DNA of 32,000 nucleotides. Source: Pseudoalteromonas translucida KMM 520 (GTDB taxonomy: Bacteria; Pseudomonadota; Gammaproteobacteria; Enterobacterales; Alteromonadaceae). Location: positions 60,001 through 92,000 of the forward strand of contig NZ_CP011034.1 in assembly GCF_001465295.1 (NCBI RefSeq). Direction: 5' to 3'. A model generated the notes under the pieces. It saw only the letters and a list, made by a program, of their open reading frames with translations, had not been told where the DNA came from and made no database searches. Numbering within the stretch: the stretch's first letter is position 1; every line of letters starts with the position of its first letter. Below, in pieces: positions 1 through 7,720 of this stretch. The position numbers and the translations under genes are program-made.

Positions 1-878
1 TTAATTCGTTTTGTTGGGGTAAGCACTATGGCGTTACCAAGTAGTACTAAGCTAAACCCTGCAAAGGTATTTGCGTGCCATTCAAAGCCTTCATAAAAGC
101 TGCTTAGTGTTACCGCAACTAAAGGAAACAGTACGATGACATAGCTGGCTTTTTCGGGACCAATATTTTTTAACAGTGCAAAGTAACAAGCAAAGGCGAT
201 TACAGTGCCAAAAATAGATAAGTACAATAATGACAGCCAATAGCTAGTAGGTGCAGTAAAATTAAATTGCACGTCGCTCATAAATACATATAAGGCTAAG
301 CCAATGGCACTGTATAACATGCCCCAAGCATTACCTTGTAACACACCAATTTGTTTGCGTGAATTACGTACACTTACCATGTTTCCTAATGAAGCCACAA
401 AGGTGCCGCCAAGAGCAAGTAGTAACCCGACGAATGCACTGTTACTCAAGTTGAGTTGCTGTAATTGTGGCCAAAACAGGCAGGTTATACCTAAAATGGC
501 AAGTACAGCACCGGTATAAATTCGTTTTGAAATAGGTTTGCCAAAAAATAATCGGGTATTAACTATATTCATTACTAATAGCATTGAAAAAGCAATCGAG
601 GTCATTGCAGAGCTAAGATGATTTTGTGCCCAGTAAAGCATTAAGTAATTTAGACCAAAGTTAAACAGGGCCAATAATACGAAAAAACCATGATCGACTA
701 AATTAAATCGCATCTTGGGTTTTTTGTATGCCACATATAACCACATTAATAATGCCGCGATTGCAAAACGATAAAATAGCGATAGTTCAACAGCAATATC
801 GCCTAGCTGAAACTCTATGGCCAACCAGGTTGAGCCCCAAATTAAAACAGTTGTTATATATAGTGCTGCACTTTTCAA
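1..878 (-). CDS. EamA/DMT-family transporter; the 3' end runs off the window edge
   Basis: Absent from the supplied ORF track because it is open at the edge. I translated the minus strand by hand (codon first bases at 878, 875 ... 2). It is stop-free from an in-frame TAG at 906-908 down to position 1. Product reads LKSAALYITTVLIWGSTWLAIEFQLG...LSIFGTVIAFACYFALLKNIGPEKASYVIVLFPLVAV..., a multi-TM EamA-like pattern. TTG at 878 is preceded by a GGAGAG Shine-Dalgarno; no N-terminal ATG is available. Confidence 0.8.
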   Translation of the reverse strand, partial: MKSAALYITTVLIWGSTWLAIEFQLGDIAVELSLFYRFAIAALLMWLYVAYKKPKMRFNLVDHGFFVLLALFNFGLNYLMLYWAQNHLSSAMTSIAFSMLLVMNIVNTRLFFGKPISKRIYTGAVLAILGITCLFWPQLQQLNLSNSAFVGLLLALGGTFVASLGNMVSVRNSRKQIGVLQGNAWGMLYSAIGLALYVFMSDVQFNFTAPTSYWLSLLYLSIFGTVIAFACYFALLKNIGPEKASYVIVLFPLVAVTLSSFYEGFEWHANTFAGFSLVLLGNAIVLTPTKRI

Positions 879-919
879 TACTGCTCTCCAAAGTCGATTA
901 AGCTGCTATTTTAAAGCTT

Positions 920-969
920 ATCTGTATACTTACTATATACAGAAAATGAAATATGTAACCTATACAGAT
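920..969. promoter_or_regulatory. Candidate MocR operator: three copies of the heptamer TATACAG/CTGTATA in the divergent EamA-MocR intergenic region
   Basis: CTGTATA at 922-928 (inverted), TATACAG at 936-942 and 961-967. The outer copies extend to a 9-nt inverted pair: ATCTGTATA at 920-928 and TATACAGAT at 961-969. Confidence 0.35.
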
Positions 970-979
970 TGAGGGTGTG

Positions 980-2431
980 ATGATTTTAAAAGCGGTTAGC
1001 CATCAGGGGCATGAGTTTTTGTACCAGCAAGTTATTCAGCTGATCAGGGATATGAGTGCTCAACAGGCTTTATTGCCTGGAGAAAAGCTGCCGTCATTAC
1101 GTAAAATGGCTAGCAACCTCAATATAAGTATTCCTACGGTAAAGCAGGCCTATCAAGCGCTAGAAGATCAGGGGGTTATAGAGGCACGCGAAAAATCAGG
1201 CTACTTTTTAAAAGCCGTTAACATGGCAAGCAGCTTACCAAAACGGGTTAAGTTAAGCCGCGAGCCTGTGATTGTAAACAAGCAGGCGCTGATTGAGCAG
1301 GTATACACAGCCATTCATCAGGCCCATGTGGTGCCTTTTGGAGTAGCTAACCCGGTTGCTGCGGCACCAACCGATAAAGCCTTAGCCAGAAATATGCGCC
1401 GAGTAATGACACTTGCCGGTAGTAGCGCTATTAATTACGGGCCACTGGATGGTTATGCACCGTTAAAAAAGCAGCTTATTCATCGCTATTTAGACTTTGG
1501 CATTGGTATTAATATGGATGAAATGGTGATCACTAATGGTGCGCAAGAAGCACTGGCAATTGCACTCAAATGCGTAACTAAGCCCGGTGATGTAGTGGCC
1601 ATAGAGAGCCCTTGTTATCACGGAATTATAGAGTTAATAGAAAGTTTAGGCCTTAAAGCACTAGAAATACCTTTATGCCCAGATAATGGTATTTGGCTAA
1701 ACGATTTAGCGCAGGCGCTTAATGAGCACGATATTAAAGCGTGTTTATTTTCTACGGCTATTAGTAATCCGGTTGGTAGTTTTATGCCAGATGAAAATCG
1801 AGAACAACTGGTGGAACTAGTTGAAAGCCATAACGTAGTGCTCATTGAAGATGACGTATATGGTGACCTATACTTTACACCCAAACGAGGTACACCGGCT
1901 ATAGCGTATTCCAAAAAAGGCTTGGTGCTAAGTTGTTCGTCTTTTTCTAAAACGGCTGCCCCTAGTTATCGAGTTGGTTGGCTTATTGCGGGAAAATTTG
2001 CAGGGCAAGCTAGGCGTTATAAAAGAGCATTGAGTTGTTCTACCTCACTAATTAATCAATGGACGTTATCAGAATTTGTTTTTAGCGGTGAATACGACCG
2101 TAATTTAAAAGTACTTAGGCAGCGTTTACGCACTAATAAAGAGCATATGCGACGTTGCTTACAGCAAGCTATGCCAAAAGGTACACGGATCAGCGATCCA
2201 CAAGGTGGCTGTGTTATTTGGTTAGACTTAGGCAGCGAGTATGATAGCCAAAAGCTATTTTTATTAGCGCTTGAGGTAGGTATAAGCATTACTCCAGGGT
2301 TGATATTTTCAGCTTCAAATAAATACAAAAGCTGTATAAGGCTAAGTTATGGTGTGCAGTGGAGTGAGCAAATAGAGCAAGCAATTGTCACACTGGGTAA
2401 ACTTACCTTACTAGCAAAAAAAGTAGCCTAA
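980..2431 (+). CDS. MocR/PdxR-type GntR-family transcriptional regulator with an aminotransferase-like PLP domain
   Basis: N-terminal GntR winged-HTH (LPSLRKMASNLNISIPTVKQAYQALEDQGVIEAREKSGYF). C-terminal fold-type-I aminotransferase-like domain with the SFSK PLP-lysine motif (Lys codon 1949-1951). ATG at 980 is preferred over the track's GTG at 977, given the GAGGG SD at 971-975. It is divergent from a transporter gene, the typical MocR layout. Confidence 0.85.
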   Translation: MILKAVSHQGHEFLYQQVIQLIRDMSAQQALLPGEKLPSLRKMASNLNISIPTVKQAYQALEDQGVIEAREKSGYFLKAVNMASSLPKRVKLSREPVIVNKQALIEQVYTAIHQAHVVPFGVANPVAAAPTDKALARNMRRVMTLAGSSAINYGPLDGYAPLKKQLIHRYLDFGIGINMDEMVITNGAQEALAIALKCVTKPGDVVAIESPCYHGIIELIESLGLKALEIPLCPDNGIWLNDLAQALNEHDIKACLFSTAISNPVGSFMPDENREQLVELVESHNVVLIEDDVYGDLYFTPKRGTPAIAYSKKGLVLSCSSFSKTAAPSYRVGWLIAGKFAGQARRYKRALSCSTSLINQWTLSEFVFSGEYDRNLKVLRQRLRTNKEHMRRCLQQAMPKGTRISDPQGGCVIWLDLGSEYDSQKLFLLALEVGISITPGLIFSASNKYKSCIRLSYGVQWSEQIEQAIVTLGKLTLLAKKVA

Positions 2432-2474
2432 TTTAAGGGGGATCAACAGCTTGTAACAAGTTTTGCGGCACAAT

Positions 2475-2507
2475 AAAAAACAGCCGTTAAGTTAAGCGTA
2501 ACGGCTG
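2475..2507 (-). terminator. Intrinsic terminator for the DUF2884 gene, located between convergent genes
   Basis: Stem cagccgtta (2481-2489) pairs with taacggctg (2499-2507). The A6 run at 2475-2480 gives a U-tract on the minus strand. Confidence 0.7.
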
Positions 2508-2547
2508 CAAAGGGATGTTAAATAATCACCTAAGTGAAGTTTGCAAA

Positions 2548-3342
2548 CTAGTTTTGTTTAAAGCTAAATAATTGGTAACCTTTAAGTTCAGGTACTTGGA
2601 CTACTAACTGCTCTTCTTGTTTAGCTATATTGGCAAAATTTTCGCATAAGGCATTGGCACGCTTTTCGAGCGCATCGGCATGCTGCTCTACTTTTTCTTC
2701 TATTTGCGTACCCATGTTTTCCATACGTTGCTCAAAGGCTTGCATGTCGCCTCCTGAGCCAAGTAATTCAGAACCTAAAGCAACTAAAATACTCCCCATA
2801 GATTGCATTACAGCCGACTCAACAGCGCTCTCTATTTGTTGTTCGAACTGCTGCTCAAAGTTTTCACCAAATTGATTAAAACTTTGCTGGCCCATAACAA
2901 AGGTGTCTTGTTGATAAAAAGTATTTTGTACTTCAAGTTTAATGTCGTCCATTAACGATGAGATATTATCGAGGCCATCAATATTAAAAGCATTAGCAAC
3001 TTCTTGCAGTGCAACACCGGCAATTTTAACGCCTTCTAAGGCTATATTTGCTACTTCGGGTAATTGCGTGCGTAAACTATCTGAATATTGAGTTAGCGCC
3101 TTTTGCTGGGAATGATTAAGCGCTACCGATTCACCATTAATGGTTAAATTACCATTGGTATTAAATTGCATAGTTTGCTTATCGGCGGTAAAAATCTCTA
3201 GTTCGTTAGGCTTAATGCGTACATCATTTTTAAATTCTACATTACATTGCTCATTATTAAATGACACTGTTGAATCGTTATCATTATGTGCCATAACGGC
3301 AGGTGCACATATTAAAGTGCTCACTAATAGTAATTTTTTCAT
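2548..3342 (-). CDS. Secreted DUF2884/YggN-like protein
   Basis: Sec signal peptide MKKLLLVSTLICAPAVMA. The N-terminal C-x-V-x-F..DV.I.P...I pattern and the Q/E-rich C-terminal half resemble my recollection of E. coli YggN. The family name is not verified by search. Confidence 0.55.
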   Translation of the reverse strand: MKKLLLVSTLICAPAVMAHNDNDSTVSFNNEQCNVEFKNDVRIKPNELEIFTADKQTMQFNTNGNLTINGESVALNHSQQKALTQYSDSLRTQLPEVANIALEGVKIAGVALQEVANAFNIDGLDNISSLMDDIKLEVQNTFYQQDTFVMGQQSFNQFGENFEQQFEQQIESAVESAVMQSMGSILVALGSELLGSGGDMQAFEQRMENMGTQIEEKVEQHADALEKRANALCENFANIAKQEEQLVVQVPELKGYQLFSFKQN

Positions 3343-3718
3343 ATTTATTCTCAGTTTTTTATTGATGATAAATAAGTAATAACAAGTTTAGTGCCAATGT
3401 TTTTTTATTATATTAAACAATAAGTTGGTTTTATTTTTAGTATTAGCTATAGCAAGAGTTTATTATAAAAAAACTATTTTTTAGTCAAATTGGCTAAAGC
3501 TAAAGCAATAATTAATTTTATTTATCGATACGATAAAAAACTCTCACTTTCCATAAAGCGAATTTAGCGCTATTTATTCACAGTATTGACATGGAGGCTA
3601 TTTAAGATAGCTACATGGCTTTATTTTGGCGCTAAACTGCATTGCACTTTATGTGTCGAACATTTTAATTTTACCAATTATTGCGATTATAAAATCCTTG
3701 GTTGGTCTCAAACACTTT

Positions 3719-3916
3719 ATGGAGTGGGTTGTGGGTAAGACATTTAGTTACGATGCGCTAGATGACGATTTTGTTGAAGACGAGTACGAAATGCTCGGGC
3801 GTAATCAGCACGATAAGAACAAGCAAAAGGTTAAGAAAAAGTTGGAAGACTACCTTGAGCAAAAGCGCTTGCGTAAAAACCTAGGCGAAGACGATTTAAG
3901 CGATTACACCGATTAA
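3719..3916 (+). CDS. Small, highly charged hypothetical protein (about 61-65 aa; start uncertain)
   Basis: MEWVVGKTFSYDALDDDFVEDEYEMLGRNQHDKNKQKVKKKLEDYLEQKRLRKNLGEDDLSDYTD. Start is ATG 3719, or GTG 3731 preceded by GGAG at 3721-3724. The KKLEDYLEQKRLRKNL motif recalls PA3496-type small proteins (recollection only). The TTG-started extension back to 3626 has no SD and lies in AT-rich spacer. Confidence 0.45.
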   Translation: MEWVVGKTFSYDALDDDFVEDEYEMLGRNQHDKNKQKVKKKLEDYLEQKRLRKNLGEDDLSDYTD

Positions 3917-4002
3917 ATTGCGCTAGTATAACTAAAGTACCAATGTGAATTAGACTCTAAATGTACGCTTTTATGTATGTTTAAATTTTGATTAGATTGG
4001 CA

Positions 4003-4027
4003 ATAAAGAGGCTGTGTGCCTCTTTAT
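4003..4027. terminator. Bidirectional hairpin terminator between convergent genes
   Basis: ataaagaggc (4003-4012), loop tgtgt, gcctctttat (4018-4027). This is a 10-bp perfect stem with T-rich tails. Confidence 0.6.
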
Positions 4028-4042
4028 TACTTTTAAGCGGCG

Positions 4043-4534
4043 TTACTTATTACTTTGTTGCAGTGCTTTTTGAATGGTGAGCTCTAGCTTTTCTGGCTTG
4101 GTAAAGGGTGCATAGCGTTTAATTGGTGAGCCGTCTGCTGCGATTAAAAACTTAGTAAAGTTCCACTTTATTTTGCGAGTTAAAAAGCCAGGTTGTGTCG
4201 ATTTCAAATAACGAAATACCGGATGAGCATGCTCTCCGTTTACCTCTACTTTAGCGGCCATTAAAAAATTAACCCCGTAATTTATTAAACATCCTTGCTC
4301 TATCTGCTGTGCATCTCCCGGTTCTTGCTGATTAAACTGATTACACGGAAATCCTAAAATTACTAAGCCTTGGCTAGCATATTTATTATGCAAAGCCTGT
4401 AATGACTCGTACTGGTAGGTAAAGCCGCACTTGCTTGCCGTGTTTACAATAAGCACGACTTTACCAGCAAACTCGCTAAAATTAATGGTGTTACCTTGTA
4501 AACTGGTGGCGCTTAACTGATGAAACTTGTGCAT
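4043..4534 (-). CDS. gpx: Glutathione peroxidase (Cys-type, BtuE-like)
   Basis: Motifs NTASKCGFTYQY (peroxidatic Cys), LGFPCNQF and KWNFTKFL. At 163 aa it is collinear with my recollection of E. coli BtuE. Confidence 0.9.
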   Translation of the reverse strand: MHKFHQLSATSLQGNTINFSEFAGKVVLIVNTASKCGFTYQYESLQALHNKYASQGLVILGFPCNQFNQQEPGDAQQIEQGCLINYGVNFLMAAKVEVNGEHAHPVFRYLKSTQPGFLTRKIKWNFTKFLIAADGSPIKRYAPFTKPEKLELTIQKALQQSNK

Positions 4535-4624
4535 TATTTATGCTTTACCTTATATTTTTTGATGCTCAATCTACTCTTTTAAGTACATTGCTTAATATGG
4601 TTGTTGTATATATTAAGGTTGTTT

Positions 4625-4924
4625 TTAATTTAAAATTAAAAACAACCCCATACCCGCAATCGTAGTGTAATAAATATTATGGGTTTTATAAGCCACAATA
4701 ATAGCGACTATAGCCGCACTTAAATAAGGGTTTTGCCAATGTAAATTAATGCCATCATCGTTTAAAAATACAATAGGTACCCAAATAGCCGTAAGTACCG
4801 CTGGTGCACTAAAACTTAAAAATTGTTGCATTTTAGGCCCAACTTTAAAGGGTAAAGCGCGGTGCAAAAATAAGTAACGGGTAAAAAAGGTAATACAGGC
4901 CATTAGTAAAATAGTGGTCATCAT
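4625..4924 (-). CDS. azlD: AzlD-family branched-chain amino acid transport protein
   Basis: 99-aa hydrophobic protein. Its ATGA start/stop overlaps the upstream azlC (4921-4924), the canonical AzlC/AzlD pairing. Confidence 0.8.
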   Translation of the reverse strand: MMTTILLMACITFFTRYLFLHRALPFKVGPKMQQFLSFSAPAVLTAIWVPIVFLNDDGINLHWQNPYLSAAIVAIIVAYKTHNIYYTTIAGMGLFLILN

Positions 4925-5625
4925 AAGTTGCGCTCCTTTTTAGCAGTTATTCTTGCTGTAAAGTATCCTGCGCTCATAGCCAGTAATGCAGAGCTCACCA
5001 GCCATAACTCAAATCCGGTACTTTTAAACAGTGTAGCGCTAGTGCCAGCTACTATAACTGTAACGAGTGAGGCGAGACTTTTAATACCCGGAATAACTAA
5101 AGCTATAAATGTAGCGGCTATAGCAAAGTCGAGGCCTAAATGGGTTAAATCGGGGAGCATAGTACCAGCAACAATGCCTATAAACGTCCATAAATTCCAT
5201 GCAATATAAAAGCTAAAGCCGGCGCTAAGTGCGTAAATTAAACGTATTTTTGTACGATAGGCTTTAGGGTGGTGCGAAAATGCAAATAACTCATCGGTCA
5301 ATACAAAGCTTACCGGTAGACGCCAGCGCAAAGGTTGATCAATTACTTTATGACGTACCGCTAAGCCATATAAAAAATGCCGAGAGCTAATTATAAAGGT
5401 AGTAAATAAAATGGTGAGTAGTGGCGTATTTCCCGCAATTAACTCAATAGCGACAAGCTGCGCAGAGCCAGCAAATACTAATAACGACATCGCTTGAGAT
5501 TCAAGGGCAGTAAAGCCATTTTGAATAGCCAGTGAGCCACAGAGTATTCCCCAAGGGATCACCGCCAAACAAAGCGGTAACATATCAACAAAGCCTTTTA
5601 AAATTGCACGCGATGGTCTGTTCAT
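4921..5625 (-). CDS. azlC: AzlC-family amino acid exporter permease
   Basis: 234-aa multi-TM protein with the AzlC-like VFAGSAQLVAIEL motif. It is translationally coupled to azlD. Confidence 0.8.
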   Translation of the reverse strand: MNRPSRAILKGFVDMLPLCLAVIPWGILCGSLAIQNGFTALESQAMSLLVFAGSAQLVAIELIAGNTPLLTILFTTFIISSRHFLYGLAVRHKVIDQPLRWRLPVSFVLTDELFAFSHHPKAYRTKIRLIYALSAGFSFYIAWNLWTFIGIVAGTMLPDLTHLGLDFAIAATFIALVIPGIKSLASLVTVIVAGTSATLFKSTGFELWLVSSALLAMSAGYFTARITAKKERNL

Positions 5626-5755
5626 TTGCAGAAATATTAGCCAGTAAAATTAATTGCTTAAGTGTGCCATAAAGCATGCTTTAAATAATAGGTTTAATGC
5701 AAATCTAAACAAATTTTGAAATAATGAAACAATAACTTAATTAGCGAGATAACTA

Positions 5756-6415
5756 ATGTTTAAAGTAAAAGTATGGGATGGCTTTGTCAGAAGCTTTCAC
5801 TGGTTATTAGTGTTTAGTATTGCCGTGCTCTATTTTAGTATTGAAGAAGGTATGATTGAACTACACTTTATTGCTGGTTTTTTTACCTTGGCACTTATTT
5901 TAACGCGGTTAATATGGGGGATTATAGGTAGTAAAACAGCAAAGTTAAGCGCGTTAATACACTCACCGCAAGCGGTAATAACATCACTTAAAACTAATAA
6001 AACTCCGCTTGGGCATTCTGCACCAGGTAGCTATATGGTGTTGTTGTTTTTTATACTTATTATTACGCAGCTCGTTAGTGGCTTAATGAGTAGTGATGGT
6101 ATTTTAACGGATGGGCCATTAGCGCAGTACGTGTCGAGCAGTACAGTTGATTTTGCTAATTGGTTACATAGTTTAAACTTTGACATTTTACTTTATGCTA
6201 TTGGTTTGCATGTTTTAGCAATTGTATTTTATAAGATTAAAGGCAAGCCTTTAGTTAAGGCGATGATCACCGGAACGAAGCAGCAGCCAAATGAAAAACC
6301 AGCAATACTTACTAAAGCACCTTGGTTAGCATGGATAGTATTTTTAATATTGCTTGTAGTGCTTATGACCACCTGGGGCAGCGAGCCACTTAGTTATTTA
6401 CTTAACTTGGGTTAA
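5756..6415 (+). CDS. Cytochrome b561 / Ni-Fe-hydrogenase b-type cytochrome family membrane protein
   Basis: N-terminal VWDGFVRSFHWLLVFSI motif, four TM segments, and His residues in TM helices (FHW, LHF, GLHVLAIVFY). Confidence 0.7.
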   Translation: MFKVKVWDGFVRSFHWLLVFSIAVLYFSIEEGMIELHFIAGFFTLALILTRLIWGIIGSKTAKLSALIHSPQAVITSLKTNKTPLGHSAPGSYMVLLFFILIITQLVSGLMSSDGILTDGPLAQYVSSSTVDFANWLHSLNFDILLYAIGLHVLAIVFYKIKGKPLVKAMITGTKQQPNEKPAILTKAPWLAWIVFLILLVVLMTTWGSEPLSYLLNLG

Positions 6416-6420
6416 AAGTA

Positions 6421-6474
6421 AAAAAGCGCCTATTTAAATCCGGTTATGAATTTAAGTAGGCGCCTTTATTATTT
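6421..6474. terminator. Long bidirectional hairpin between convergent cytochrome genes
   Basis: GCGCCTAtTTAAAT (6426-6439) pairs with ATTTAAgTAGGCGC (6450-6463). It is flanked by A5 upstream and a T-rich run downstream. Confidence 0.7.
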
Positions 6475-6481
6475 AAATAAC

Positions 6482-6934
6482 TTAGTCTTTAAATTGTGTG
6501 TGGCAATCTTTACAGCCTTTGGCCCATGCGCCAAACGCTTTACCAATAACCGCTTTGTCGCCAGACTGTGCAGCTACAGCAAGTTCATCTGCGTATTGCT
6601 GAAATGCAGTTGCTTTTTTCATAAAAGTGTCGTTTTCAGCCCAAACAGCGGCAAGTGCAGCAGTATCACCCTTATCAGTGCCTTCGTAAAACGCTTCCCA
6701 TGGCATTTTTGCCAGTGCAGCTGCGTTATTTGCACGTGCTTTAAATTGTTCTGCATCAAAAGGTATTTTGCCCTTAAGCATAGCGCCCATGTCACTAATT
6801 TGTACTGAGAGCATAGAAAATGCAGCTTGACGATATTCAATAGCATCGCTTGGCTCTTTAAATGCAGAATTTGCTGATACGCTAAGTGCGCATGTTGATA
6901 ATAATGCCCCGATAAATACTTGTTTAAGTTTCAT
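6482..6934 (-). CDS. Cytochrome c-prime (class II c-type cytochrome)
   Basis: Signal peptide MKLKQVFIGALLSTCALSVSA. Four-helix-type sequence with a single CKDCH heme motif at the extreme C-terminus (codons 6500-6514), diagnostic of class II cytochromes c. Confidence 0.85.
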   Translation of the reverse strand: MKLKQVFIGALLSTCALSVSANSAFKEPSDAIEYRQAAFSMLSVQISDMGAMLKGKIPFDAEQFKARANNAAALAKMPWEAFYEGTDKGDTAALAAVWAENDTFMKKATAFQQYADELAVAAQSGDKAVIGKAFGAWAKGCKDCHTQFKD

Positions 6935-7025
6935 TAAATTTGTCCCTGTAAAATAACTTTCAATGTCAGCCTTTGTATCTTAGCTGCTACTTTAATTCAA
7001 GTAAAAGCGACAGTTAAACTCAAAC

Positions 7026-7496
7026 TCAATCATTAATATCAATGTCGGCAAAAATCATACCGCGGCGCATACTGCGTGTGGCTAAAAACACTTCGCAAAG
7101 TAGTGATATAAAAGCAAATATTAGCAGCATCATAGCGCCAACAAAGCAGCTGCCTATAGTGACACTTAAATTAACAGCCTGAATATGCGATAAAAATAAC
7201 AACATAACTACAGTACACACAAGTAATGCACTTAATACACTTAAACTAAATGCAATATGGACGCAGCGAGAACGTTTTAACAGTGCCCGTAATTCGGTGG
7301 TTAACGATAGATTGAAGTCTTCATCGGTACTCACTTTTAGCCTACGCTCTAACTGCCTGGCTCTATCTGTTATGCGCGCTAAACGGTTTGATAAAACACC
7401 TAATGTGGCTGCAATACCGGTAATTAAAAAGACGGGAGCAACCGCGGTTTGAATCACTTTGGCCATGGTTAAAATATTAATTACTTCGTTATCCAT
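7026..7496 (-). CDS. DUF2721 domain-containing membrane protein
   Basis: The segment IQTAVAPVFLITGIAATLGVLSNRLARITDRARQLE, followed by two C-terminal TM helices, matches the DUF2721 pattern as I recall it. Confidence 0.6.
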   Translation of the reverse strand: MDNEVINILTMAKVIQTAVAPVFLITGIAATLGVLSNRLARITDRARQLERRLKVSTDEDFNLSLTTELRALLKRSRCVHIAFSLSVLSALLVCTVVMLLFLSHIQAVNLSVTIGSCFVGAMMLLIFAFISLLCEVFLATRSMRRGMIFADIDIND

Positions 7497-7720
7497 TTAT
7501 ATCTCAAAATAAGTGTTGGTCATTTACAATTGTTCACAAACGAGATTTTATTATTTTCTCATTAAGATCAAAGTGTTGTTTGTTTTTTACTTGTTTTCAT
7601 ACACTGCGTGTAACTTAAATGTAACTAAGGTGTTGCTCGTGTATGGGTTTAAGTTTTATATTTAAGCTAATGGTTGAATATAGTAAATACAATAATACAT
7701 AACCTATCCTAGGGGAAATA

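Noticed and set aside
304-519. 71-aa plus-strand ORF from the track
   Set aside because: It lies entirely antisense within the EamA transporter gene that I translated on the minus strand (1-878), and it has no SD or recognisable motif.
3585-3620. TTGACA hexamer near 3587 as the promoter of the small ORF
   Set aside because: I found no acceptable -10 hexamer at 16-18 nt spacing. The nearest TAAGAT is only about 11 nt away, so I did not call it.
3626-3718. Hydrophobic N-terminal extension (MALNCIALYVSNILILPIIAIIKSLVGL) suggesting a membrane-anchored 96-aa protein
   Set aside because: It depends on a TTG start with no Shine-Dalgarno and lies within AT-rich spacer, where I/L/N/K-rich translations arise by composition. 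An internal ATG (3719) or GTG (3731) with a GGAG SD is more credible.
6446-6846. ORFs 6446-6808 (+) and 6619-6846 (-) overlapping the cytochrome c-prime gene
   Set aside because: They are alternative-frame or antisense ORFs inside a gene with clear signal-peptide and CxxCH evidence. Their products are Cys/Phe/Leu-rich and low in complexity.
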